Assembly (NCBI GenBank): GCA_965198115.1
Contig: OZ240241.1
Location: 992,001-1,056,000, forward strand
Source of the DNA: Candidatus Latescibacterota bacterium
GTDB lineage: Bacteria > Latescibacterota > UBA2968
DNA: 64,000 nt
Direction of reading: 5' to 3'
A program made the position numbers and the translations under genes. This document shows positions 22,390 through 33,200 of the stretch, piece after piece; within the stretch, counting starts at the first letter, position 1, and every line of letters starts with the position of its first letter. Under the pieces are notes generated by a model. That model searched no databases. It saw nothing but the letters and a program-made list of their open reading frames with translations, and was not told the origin of the DNA.

Positions 22390-22690
22390 TCAAGAGACTT
22401 ATCAAAACCGGGACGACCAAGACGCCGTTGCGTGAGATTCTCGGGGGAGCAGGGACTGAGAGCGCAACCGAAGGCGGGCAGGAACTGATGATGGCCATTG
22501 CCAACGGCTTTCGTGCGGGCAAGAGCTGGGACACGATCTGGGAAGACGTCAAGGTCCGCGTGCCCGAGGGGATGGTGCAGGGCGGACTGGTCGGCGGGAC
22601 TATGACGGCGGGAACGCGGCTGGCCGCCGGACTCCAGAAGGGTCAAGACCTGACCGACGGGGCGGCGATCACCGCGATCATGCCCTCAAA
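22390..22690 (+). pseudogene. Fragment resembling a phage internal-virion/large polyvalent protein
   Basis: GAGTESATEGGQE..GGLVGG glycine-rich helices; no start codon. Confidence 0.3.
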
Positions 22691-22697
22691 GCGTGCG

Positions 22698-23990
22698 TTA
22701 TCGAGGTCTTCGGTCTCGAAGGCGCTGTAGGTTTTTCTCAACGAGGTCGTCGGGAATGGCGGCCGCGAAAGGCAACCAGTACTCATGCCCGTAGAGGACG
22801 TCATCGGAAACCTGCGTGGCCACCCACTCGCTCACCCACGCCGGATCAGTGTTACGCACATGTTTGAGCGCCAGTTGGACGTGGTGCGAACCCCAACTGC
22901 GTATGTCGGCACTGGATGCCTTCATCGCATCCTTGATGACGCCGTCCAAGTCTGTTTCGCCCAACTCGACTAAGTCGAGTGCCGTTCGCAGGCGCGCGCG
23001 ACGGTCCGTACTGGTCTCGATGAACTCGCGCATCGCGGCGATGGTTTTGGACCTGAGCGCTGTGGGCACTAGGTCCGCATTCTCGCGTGCCACATCCTCG
23101 AATGTCCGTGCATCCATCGATTCCAGCACGCGAATTAGCACGTCGTCAGACCTGGTCCACATAAGGCCCGAGGCTGCCGCCTTCTTCACTGCGGTGCTCT
23201 TGTCCTCCACAGCGAAGTCCGCGACTTCTCCGTCCGCCCGATGATGAAGCAGTTCGGAAACGAAATCCGCTCGCGCCTCCTCGCTCCAGCCGCGCACTTG
23301 ATCGCGCCACCTCGGTCCAAGCGACGAGACCCGGATATCCGGCCAGATCCGGTACGTGGCAAGCCGCGTTTGCTCGTCCTTATCCGAGAGAAGCGGCACG
23401 ATTATGTCGCTGAAGTCGCCCACGCCAGTGACGAGCATGGCGGCCACGGCATATTGCTGATAGTTGTCGTCGCGGATTGCATAGACAGCGCGGAAGCAGT
23501 CACCGACAGCGGTGCGGACTTCATTCCAGACGGTCGCGCCGCAAAGCTGCGTAAGTTCACCGGCGAATACGAGATCGACAGCGAGCGCCATCTCTACCAG
23601 CTTCCTCCCGGCGCGGGTGTTTCGCTTGTCGGCTGCGTCATCGCCGCTCTTCTCGGTAAACGTTGCGGCGATCATGCGTAGCGGTTCAGCCGATGCCGGA
23701 TCGTTCACATAGTCGGCCGTGAAGCGAGCGGTCACGTCTCCGTACTCGTCGTTCAGGTCGAGAAGCTGCGCTTGGATATGCAGCGCGGCGAAGTACTCCT
23801 GAAGCTGCTGATGGTCGAATCGAAACGCGGTCTGCGGATAATCAACGCGCTCGAGAACGTGGTGCGCTGTGAGCGTCGCCAGGACCGTCGGTGCTCCTAC
23901 CGGCTCGATCTGCCCACTGTTCGCAAGCTCTCGTGCGACGACGGCGACGATGGCGCGGGCATCAGTCTCGGGCAATTCCACCGCACCCAG
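22698..23990 (-). pseudogene. Internal fragment of a NACHT/STAND-type NTPase-associated protein
   Basis: FRFDHQQLQEYFAA winged-helix motif followed by HEAT-like helices; P-loop absent. Confidence 0.6.
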
Positions 23991-24092
23991 GCGGGTCATG
24001 CAGCCCAGCCAGGTCTCCACCTTCTGATCCAGGACGATCTCGGCGTAGAGATGCCGGCTCCAGGCCAGCACCATCACGAAGACCCACGTCGT
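23990..24092 (-). mobile_element. IS21-family istA internal scrap
   Basis: TWVFVMVLAWSRHLYAEIVLDQKVETWLGC. Confidence 0.75.
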
Positions 24093-24285
24093 CCTCCAGT
24101 TTGTAATTCAGGATCACTCGACGGACCTGTCGCACCTGATAGGGTTTCGCATGGCCATCGTCGCGTTGCAGATTGATTCTCTCGGCGACACCTTCTTTTA
24201 TTAATAATGTGATGGCTGCCTCGGACCCGCTCGGTGTGAACCCCAGATTCGGAGCAGACCACACAAGTCGTCGAAGCGGGCGCGT
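24090..24285 (-). pseudogene. hicA: HicA-family toxin, frameshifted and truncated
   Basis: RFDDLCGLL..GFTERVRGSHHI..INLQRDDGHAKPYQVRQVRRVIL spread over frames. Confidence 0.8.
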
Positions 24286-24395
24286 GCAGATAACAAAAAG
24301 CCGCTATCTGCACGCGCATGGTTCGTGAAACTGCTTCGGCCGTCCTGCTGATCCCACGTCGCCGGCGTCCTGGCAGGAGCTTGGGGAGCGCTTTT

Positions 24396-24587
24396 TTGAT
24401 TCCGCGCCAGAGTGATGGCGGGCGTCGAAGTCGCAGGGGAGGAAGCAGTCTGTGCCACTGAGACCTCCATACAAGCCTTTTAAGGAGGCTTTGAGGTTGA
24501 AAGAGGGTGGGGTGGTTGCCCTTTCGGGGCGAAAAGAGCTTAAAAGGGCCGTATGAAAGCCTGGGGGATACATGACTGTATTGAAAC
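24396..24587 (+). CRISPR. Orphan leader-like segment plus single 37-nt repeat (unit 2)
   Basis: Repeat 24551..24587 GTATGAAAGCCTGGGGGATACATGACTGTATTGAAAC; 1 mismatch to unit 1. Confidence 0.55.
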
Positions 24588-24659
24588 GTCGTGCGTTTTG
24601 TCCGATATTCCGCTCACGCACCGTCGTCGATCGGCATCGAGGTCCTCGCCGGCGTGGCG

Positions 24660-24812
24660 ATGGATGAGGATGAAAAATCGGACACGTGCCTGAGAGCCCT
24701 GAAGCAGATCGCCGACGAGACGGCGGCGGACGTTGAGGGGATGATCGTCGCCCTGACCGAGCAGATCGCCTTGCTCGGCGAGATCGTGGTGGCGCTTCAT
24801 CTCCAGAAGTAA
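24660..24812 (+). CDS. 50-aa helical hypothetical protein
   Basis: MDEDEKSDTCLRALKQIADETAADVEGMIVALTEQIALLGEIVVALHLQK; followed by an AAGGAGGAGG RBS for a next, broken gene. Confidence 0.4.
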   Translation: MDEDEKSDTCLRALKQIADETAADVEGMIVALTEQIALLGEIVVALHLQK

Positions 24813-24842
24813 AAGGAGGAGGTTGATGGATCCTGTCGTGAT

Positions 24843-25835
24843 TCAACGAGGTGGGTGGGATTGAAGAGAGTCGATATCATCGCGCGCCGCCGCCGGTTCG
24901 TGATTAACGGGTACGAGACGCTCGCCGATGTCGGATTCGACGGAGATTGGGTCACACCCCATGAATACATCGGAATCGAACTTCTCTCGCAGTTCACGAA
25001 ATGCTCTTGTCTGGTGCTCGACCAGATCCAAGCTGGCTGACTGCCCTTTTGGTAGATGAGGGAACATCGCGGTTCGGGAGCCCTTGTAGGCGAAGTGCCG
25101 TAGATGAGGAACATCTCTGCCTTGGTAGACCACCTCGTCAATTACGAGGAAGACGGACTCTTGAAGCCAAAGACTATCACTGGCCACCAAGCCGTTAGTT
25201 ATGTGAAGTTCGCTCCTCCCACCTCTGGCGAAGTGCTTATAAGACAGCTGGACTTCTGGAATAGCTGCCTCCTCGTACATTCTGACTTGAGAGGAGTGGT
25301 AGAAGTAGCCTACCACGAGACCCACAGCAGAGAGCCAGGGAATAGCTTTGATGAGCTTGGCGAAGGTGCGGGCTTTTTCCGCTGATGGGGTTGGCGCTTG
25401 CTTGGATTGGAGTTGATTCAGGGCATCCTCGAGCTGCTTCTTCGCTCCTGTGATCGAGTCCCTTCTCTCGAACTCGATGTCCATAAGCGATCTACCCTGT
25501 TCATCAGAAACCCTCTGAACAGGGGACGGTTTATGTCCGAGCAGCTGACCAGTGTTCTTGATGGCCTTATCAGTTGCCGCTATCGCAGGTTGATCTATGT
25601 AGCCTTGGCACTTCTGTCGGAACTCACCACGCAGTTCCTGAAGTCTCCCAAGGGCAGCTGGTTTGTCGTCCCAAAAAGTCAACGGCTGGAGCTCATCAGC
25701 TATGGACATTGCATCTCGAATGGCCTTGACGCGGTCAGTGTTGTCAATCTCCTTAGGCGGCGCCCAAGAGATGCCTCCTACGCCGGGTAACGAGACACCG
25801 GTTATTCGTCGTAAGAACCTGCTGAGGAATCCCAC
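24843..25835 (-). CDS. Hypothetical single-pass membrane protein (3' end probably chimeric)
   Basis: 330-aa ORF; N-terminal RITGVSLPGVGGISWAPP; one TM helix. Confidence 0.5.
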   Translation of the reverse strand: MGFLSRFLRRITGVSLPGVGGISWAPPKEIDNTDRVKAIRDAMSIADELQPLTFWDDKPAALGRLQELRGEFRQKCQGYIDQPAIAATDKAIKNTGQLLGHKPSPVQRVSDEQGRSLMDIEFERRDSITGAKKQLEDALNQLQSKQAPTPSAEKARTFAKLIKAIPWLSAVGLVVGYFYHSSQVRMYEEAAIPEVQLSYKHFARGGRSELHITNGLVASDSLWLQESVFLVIDEVVYQGRDVPHLRHFAYKGSRTAMFPHLPKGQSASLDLVEHQTRAFRELREKFDSDVFMGCDPISVESDIGERLVPVNHEPAAARDDIDSLQSHPPR

Positions 25836-26241
25836 TTAGGAAGTCTCCCGTTACCGCCTCGAATGGCGGATCAGTTCCCTAGAATTTCAGCATTTGATAC
25901 GACCTGTTTAAGCAGAGTACACACGCCTTTGTGGGCGACCCAAGGAGGGGCCGCCTTTTCGCATAGCCGGGCTGCCTTGCTGCTAACTGGTTCGTACCCC
26001 TTCGCCTGCTGCCCGATAATGGCGACTGGTGGGGCAACACCGTGGTCTTGTCTGGAGAACATGGGAGATAAGCCATGCAGCGCCAACGAGGCGGACTGTT
26101 CATCGGAACAATAAAAAATTCCCAGCCGGAAATCTTCTTGGTCTCGACCGACTGGACGTCAATGAACGCTTTGCGCAGCGGAACGGAGGCGGAGTTCCGT
26201 GCTTCGTTTCCAGACCGTCCGAAGCGGAAAAGGACGAGCTG

Positions 26242-26772
26242 GTTGATCAGGTCTGGCCAGAGAGCCGGCAACAACGGTGCTGGAACCACAAGATCCTCAA
26301 CGTGCTCGACAAGGTCGCCAAGCGTGCACAGGCTGAAGCCCGCGCACTGCTCGTCCAGATCCCCTATGCCGGCACGAAAAAGGAGGCCGAGAAGCTCCGG
26401 AAACGCTTTGCCGCACGGTATCGCTCACAGTTCCCTGCCGCCGTGGAGACGCTCGAAAGAGACTGGGATCGGATGGTCACGTTCTACGACTTCCCGAAGG
26501 AACACTGGAAACACCTGAGAACCACGAACGTCGTCGAGAGCCCCTTTGCTTCCGTTCGGCTTCGCACAAACGCCGCCAGGCGATTCAAGAAAGTCAGGAA
26601 CGCCACGGCTCTCATCTGGCGTACGCTCAAGGTCGCAGAGAGCCGATTCAGGAAACTCACCGCGCCACACTTGCTACAACAAGTCTACGATCAGAAACAC
26701 TCAACCGGACCGCAGGTCGAAACCGGGAAGATGGCCGCCTGATTTCTTTTACACACCTATTGACCTGAGCTC
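26242..26772 (+). mobile_element. IS256 copy 3, 3' part only
   Basis: Near-identical to the other copies from VDQVWP to the right IR. Confidence 0.92.
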
Positions 26773-27322
26773 GGCGTGCGAGCAACTTGCGCTTGTCCAG
26801 GCAGGCGGGACACACGCCGCGCATCCGGTGGGGGATGACGTTGCCACAGGCGTCGCATCGCTTGCGCCGGACCGCGGCCTCGTGCAGGGTACTGCGAAGG
26901 ATACGGCCACCGTCGCGTTCAGGTTGAGACGCGTTGACGAGGTCCTCGATCTGGGCGGCTGCGTCGGACACGGCCTGTAACTGGGATTTGGAGAACAGCG
27001 CGAGCGTGGTTCCGTCCCGCTCCGTTCTCACCTTCAACGTGCCACAGCCGAAAGTTTCGCGAAGATCCACGCCGGTGACCCGGTTCAAGGGAACTTCTAC
27101 GAGATGAGAATCCTCGTGACCGTTCGGCGTCAGCGACATCAAGCGACGGTCCGTCGCCAGCAACCAGGCGGACCCGTATTCGCCGCTCAGGGTGATGTCG
27201 GTCTCGACGGCAACTCGAAGGGGTTCCCCGGAGTCGGGAAGCGTGTCAATCGCTGCCCGCACCTCATCGGGAATCTCGTCACTACCGCCGCCTTCTTCTG
27301 TTTCGATTTCGTCGCTCGCCAT
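26773..27322 (-). pseudogene. 5' fragment of ABC exporter with N-terminal PH-like and Zn-ribbon extension, cut by IS256
   Basis: AAGGAG RBS; WLLATDRRL, CDACG..CPACLDKRKLL, then IS end. Confidence 0.6.
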
Positions 27323-28222
27323 CCCACTCCTTGCCGTTGAGGATGAGCTCGGCCGGTGCAAACCTTAAACAGTGGAAACCCGAGCAGGAACGCATTACAC
27401 TCAAGCATGTAAGTATTTACTGACTTTTGTCAGTCCTCCTGTTGCTCGGAAGGGACTGGTAAATGTGACACGGAATCCGCCGGTGGTTCTACCTGGCGGA
27501 TGAGAACCTTCGCCAGAAACAGAAGGCGGGGGAAGATTGACCGACCCTCTCCTGTACCCGCTTTGGCTCCCCCAACTGATGCTTCGAGTTGACGTGGATC
27601 GAGCGATGGCCCAGAGCGTAGGCCTGGCCGGCGTTTTAGTGTTCACAGGGAATCCCTGTCAAATCCCTTGCGGAAAGTTGAGGCATCGTATTGCTGCCCA
27701 ATCGAGATGTTGAGCTCGATCCTCAGGAGAGTGTCTGGACTAGGAACGTCGTAATCCTGGCGTTGACCGTGTTTCTTGCGCGCCTCGGTCAGGGCAATTC
27801 CATAGGAAATAACATTCTTGCATAGTAGACATTCGCCAAGACCCCGGATGCAGTCGAGGGGGCCACATCCGTTTAGTCTTTTGCACCAAAGATGTAGCGA
27901 TTCTACTGGACGGAAGAGAGAATGACGTGGATGATCTCCGTGCCCTTTTCAGCAGTTTGCTTGTTCAATGTGAAGACGGGCCCGGGGGGGTTGAGGTGTA
28001 AGAGCATTGACGGAGGTATAGAGTTCACACGTATGACACAACCGTTGAGTATCTTCGAAGGGCATCACGTGACAGAGAGGTGCTTGCCGACCTCGGCAGG
28101 ATCCGATCGAGCCATTACGCACGGCTATCGATAGGCATCACAGCGATTCCGGTGTTCATCGCGGTCGGCATACAAAACCAACCAAAGGGCCTCAATACCT
28201 GTCTGATTGGGAGGAGATCACT

Positions 28223-28639
28223 ATGCTACGGCGTTCGGTAGGGCGGCACCAGATCTTAGCTCTTTCTCTTGTTCTAATCATGGGTGCGTGCGGTGACGAT
28301 CCTGTTTCTTCGCAGACCGACCTGCTGGTAGGCGAATGGCAACTGATGACAAGCAATGGCGTTGCACCAGACGCTGCGTATACCACGGTGCTTGTTTTGA
28401 ATCACACGGGAACGTTTGTCCAGACGTTCATCACTCCTTTTGGTCAGGTCACGGAACACGGCACTTATGAAGTTCCGACGGACGGCGCCTTGCTCATGAC
28501 AACCACGGAACGGCACCTTGACAACGCCGCCGTGCCAGATGGGCTACCCGAAACCGACGAATTTTCGTTACGATCACTGAAGAGGAGCTGGTTATGGTAC
28601 TAGTGGATGGTTCCAGAAGTCGCTATATGCGAAATTGAG
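28223..28639 (+). pseudogene. Lipocalin-like lipoprotein, likely frameshifted near the 3' end
   Basis: GGAGGAG RBS; lipobox MGA-C, GDDPVSS..LLVGEWQL. Confidence 0.65.
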
Positions 28640-28912
28640 CGAACGACCGCGGCAAACGTGACCAAGGGCAGGCGGGATGAATGCCTCGTTATAGGTCAAG
28701 CCGGGCATTCACGCACCATTGGGATCAGAACTCATGTAAGGCAGGGGTAATCGCGAGATCTGGTATCCCTATGGTATCCGGATCTACCTATATCAGGGAG
28801 CAGGAGGCCACTTGTAGCGGCAGATAGGGGCAAGAGTCAGTGAAGTGTAACAACCTGAAGGAGTTAGCAGTTACCCGTATTTGACGCTGTTTCTTCATTT
28901 TACATGTGGCTA

Positions 28913-28957
28913 TTCGGGAGCAGGAGGCCGAAGGTTCAAATCCTTTCGCCCCGACCA
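28913..28957 (+). other. 3' half of tRNA-Pro(CGG): att-like site of an integrative element
   Basis: TTCGGGA-GCAGG-AGGCC-GAAGG-TTCAAAT-CCTTT-CGCCCCG-ACCA with no D-arm or 5' half; TGGTATCC direct repeats near 28760-28780; downstream ACAGGGAC/GTCCCTGT stem. Confidence 0.85.
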
Positions 28958-29114
28958 ATAATAACAGGGACTTACGTGATATGCGTGGGTCCCTGTTTCG
29001 TGTGCGGGCGTCTTTGTGGAAAGCGAGGTGGGGAAGGTCAGCCCGTTTAGGATTGTATGACAGTCGGTATGTGCCAATTGCAACAGGCTGGCAGGACCTC
29101 TCCGAATTGCGGAA

Positions 29115-29660
29115 TCAGAATCCCGCGAGAAATTCGAGGTCAGGGCCATCCTCCTTGGGCACGATCCGTTCGATTTCAAGCGTGTCCAATTGCAGGAGAT
29201 CGAGGATGGTATGGGGGCACGTTGTTCCGTTCGCGTGTCGGAGGACACTCACGATCGGTCGTGTGTAAGCGGCTTCGTTTGTCCCCACGACGCGTGCCAG
29301 ACGACCATCGTTCAGTTCCACCAGTGTCCCCACGGGGAACAGCGACAGAACCTGGAGAATTGATCGAACCACGTCCCTGTCGATCTGGTTGGTGTTCGCA
29401 CCATGTAGTAGGAAATAGACGGCTCCGTAAGTCGTCGCAGCAGGGCGATAGGTCTTTCGGAGCACAGAGCAACATAGATGTTGACCGCGCTCAGGATTCG
29501 CCCGATCTGGGTGAATGACTCGCCCGACAGACCATTTGGATAGCCCGAACCGTCTAGGCGCTCGTGGGATTGTTCTATGGCGCCCAGGACTAGGCTCGGC
29601 ACACCGATGTTATTGGCTTTGAGAATCTGGACCGAACGATCGGGATGGCGCCCACATCGT
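29115..29660 (-). pseudogene. 3' fragment of HD-GYP c-di-GMP phosphodiesterase, frameshifted
   Basis: HERLDGSGYPNGL; SLFPVGTLVELNDG. Confidence 0.88.
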
Positions 29661-29689
29661 TTTGCCGGTATCGAAGCCGATCCTGAAGG

Positions 29690-29960
29690 CCGGATGACGA
29701 TCTCGACCGTCAAACGGTCAGGCGGCCAACTGCGTCTGAACTACCGGTGTCAGCCAGGCGGCTACATCATAGCAGAATTGATTCCCACAGTACCCTCACG
29801 CATCCATCCGGACGCCGATCCGAGTCCCGGATTCTCCTTCACCGACAGCGATCGCTTGACGGGGGACGAACTCACGAAACCGATGACCTCCAACCTCGGG
29901 GACACGGTAGCGATCCGCCTTAAACTGTTCCAGGCCAAGCTGTTCGCCTTCTCGGTTTAA
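29690..29960 (+). pseudogene. 3' fragment of an unknown hydrolase-associated beta-sandwich protein
   Basis: LRLNYRCQPGGYIIAEL..AIRLKLFQAKLFAFSV*; no start codon. Confidence 0.4.
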
Positions 29961-30215
29961 AGACGTCGCAGGCCAATCTGTCTTCGCCCCGATTACGTAG
30001 GTGCCCCCGGGGACTTTTTCCTGAACACTGCCTGCCCGCCGGAGCCCGGAGGGCGAAGGTGGGAACGACTGAACACTTCCCAGGTAATCGAGCCCACTGG
30101 CCAACCCTACAGCCGTGTTACAAGTTGCGGAACGTCTCAGGTGTCCAGTTATTTCGTGCGGAAACACGCACATTGTCGCGTCCGTCGGGGGCGCCCACAC
30201 CTCAGGGGAGGGGAC

Positions 30216-33200
30216 ATGGATCGTCCTATCATAAAGCGTCTTGGCGCACTTCTGGTCGGCCTGACCGTCCTCGGGCTGAGCGGCCTCCTAACGCTCCCAC
30301 TCGCTTCGGACGACCGAACAGGAAAACCCAACTACAAGAAGACAGCCAAAGCCAAAGCATCGGAAACGCCTCTGGCCGCGAAGGTTGCCCAGCTCGATAG
30401 CTCCAAGCGATCTGCCGCGTCCAAACCGGCCCTCAAGTCGGCCGCTGGCACGCAAAACAAGGTCCGCGGCAAGACCACGCTCGGATCCGCCCGAGCTGCA
30501 AAATCGACCAAGGACCGAGGGCTCGGGAAGCTCAGAGCAGCCAAACGTGCGCCGGCCAGCCCTGCGGCAGCCAAACAAATTGCAGCCGCCCGCCTGGCCA
30601 AATCGTCGAAGCTGGCTGCCGCACGCGTGTCCGTAAGGGCGCCGAAATTGGCCATCGCCCGTACGGCGGCGAGGTCGGCGAAGCTCGTAGCTGCCAAGGG
30701 TGCAATCGCGCAGCTAAGTCCGCCCAGAAAGTCGGCCAGCCACGTCCGGTAGCGAGCCGGCTGACCAAGCAGGCCTGACGGGCACGATTGGTCTGGGTGG
30801 TTCGGTCTCCGGTACGCTGGCTGCGAGCTCTGAGGTAGCCTTCTACCAGCTCACCATCAGCCAGGATGTGCCAGTCAACATCGATGTCACATCAGCAGGG
30901 TTCGACACTTTTCTGGAGCTGTTCGACACGGCCGATCCCGCTGCAGCCGACGTTTTCAACCCGATCACCGCCGATGATGACGGCGGTATCGGTTTCAACT
31001 CCAGGATCACACGTCAGTTAGGGCCTGGGACTTATATCATCGCCGTGTCAGCCCTGTTCGGGTCGGGGTCTTTCACCCTTCAGGCAGGTGAACGAAGCTG
31101 TCGCTCAACCCGTTTCCATCGGAGACGTAGCCACAGGCACGAACACGATGGGCTCGGAGTTCTACAGGCTTGACATCGGGTCGCCGACGGCCGTGGTGAT
31201 CGACCTGACAAGCCAGGAATTCGACCCCTTTCTCGAGATCTTCGCCACGGATAGCCCTGGAACCACGAACGCTGCCAATGTGATCGGCAGCGATGATGAC
31301 AGCGGCGGTTCCCTCAATTCGCGTCTTTCGCTCACGCTGGATGCAGGCACCTACATTATCCGGGTGAGCACGATCGCAGAACCGGGTGCTTATACGTTGA
31401 CGGTATCGGGCGACTCGACCGGCGGGGAACCGGCCGGAGGTGGAACGGCGGAGGTAATGGCGATCGGGCCCGGCGAGACCAGGACGGGTGTCCTGTCCAG
31501 CGGTGCGGTGAACTTTTTCGAACTGACGGTTACGACCGACGCCACAATCGTGATTGATCTCACGTCCAGTGAGTTCGACCCGACCCTCGACCTGTATGAC
31601 ACGGACAACCCGGATCTGGCCGGTTCTGGGAATCTCCTGGCCTTCAATGACGACCACGGCCTGTCGCTGAATTCCCAGATTACGCTTGCTTTGACGCCCG
31701 GAACCTATCTGATCGGCGTTTCCGCCTTCATTGCCGGATCGGGCGCCTACGAACTGATGGTGTCAGAAGAAGCGGCCGGCGGCGGAGTGCCTGCCGAGGT
31801 GATTTCGATCGTCCCCGGTCAGACCGAAACGGGGATCCTGTCCAGCGGGGGTGTGAACTTCTACGCACTCACACTCGCCACGGATGCCGCGTTGATCATC
31901 GATCTCACATCCGACGATTTCGACACCTTCCTCGAACTCTACGACACGGGCAGCCCGGACGAAGCAGGGCCGACCAACCTGCTGGCCTTCAACGACGACC
32001 ACGGCCTCTCACTGAATTCTCAGATTATGCTGAGCCTGACCGCCGGCACCTACCTGATCGGCGTTTCTGCCTTCAGCGGGTCTGGCACCTACGTCCTCCA
32101 GGTCATCGAGGACGTTCCCGCAGTGGTCAATTCGATTTCTCTGGGTGAAACGGCTACAGGGTTACTTTCGGCCGGTGGTGCAGTCGATCACTATGTCTTT
32201 ACCCTCGGTCAATCCACGACCGTCTCGATCGACCTGATGTCCGAGGAATTCGACGCGACACTCGAGTTGCACGCGACGGATGACCCCAACGCGGTAGATT
32301 TTCTCACGTTTGTCGCTTTTAACGATGACGGGGGCGAGGGGCTGAACAGGGATCCTGGGTGCGCTGGCGGCGGGTAGCTATCTGATTCTGGCATCGTCGC
32401 TCGACACAGGGGGCGCCTACGACCTGACACTCGCCGAAACGACGATAGAAGTCGGGAGCATTGCCCTTGGCGAGACGGTGATGGGGAGCGTCGCCTCCCC
32501 TTCGGACACCCGCTATTTCACGCTGGACCTTGCCGAGGAGGCGACGGTTGTGATCGACCTCGTCGGCGATGAGATCGATGCGTTTCTGACGCTCCACGCA
32601 ACGGATGATCCGGCGACAGCCGACTTCACGACGGTGGTCGGCGTGGACGACGACGGCGGTGAAGGGCTCAACTCCAGAATCGTGCAGCCACTTGCCGCTG
32701 GAACCTACCTCATCGCCGCCGGCACGATTGGTGGAGGGGGGGCCTTTACACTGAGCGTCCTGCCGGCAGATATCAACGTCTCGTCCATCGGCGTGGGCGA
32801 GACGGCGACGGGTGCGTTGGCTTCGTCCTCATCTACAGACTACTACACGCTGACCCTGAGTGAGGCGACGCCCATCGCCATCGACCTGATATCCTCCGAA
32901 TTCGACCCTTTGCTCGAGCTGTATGAGACGGACGATCCGGTGGATGCGGACTTTAGGACATTCCTGGCCGTCGATGACGACGGCGGTGGCGGCCTGAATT
33001 CGCGTATCACACGGGTTCTGCCGGCTGGAACCTACCTCATCGCAGCAAAGTCTTTTGGCGGATTCGGCGCGTATGATCTCACGGTCTCCGAGGAGACGTT
33101 CGAAACACTGGCGATCTCTGTCGGCGAATCGGCTCCAGGCACGCTTCCCACACCGGCCGACGTCAATTTCTACACGCTCACGCTTTCAAATGACCTGACT

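Noticed and set aside
21824-24587. The inverted ~190-bp pair as terminal inverted repeats of one transposon
   Set aside because: No TSD (CTCCAA vs GTCGTG flanks), no TG/GG-type termini, and the interior is a multi-junction patchwork. Leader-plus-repeat fits better, though this reading is not fully excluded.
27400-28200. Short ORFs in the lower-GC stretch before the lipoprotein
   Set aside because: No recognisable motif, RBS or consistent frame; probably decayed island DNA.
28906-28957. Second complete tRNA gene
   Set aside because: No 5' acceptor strand, D-arm or 5' anticodon stem.
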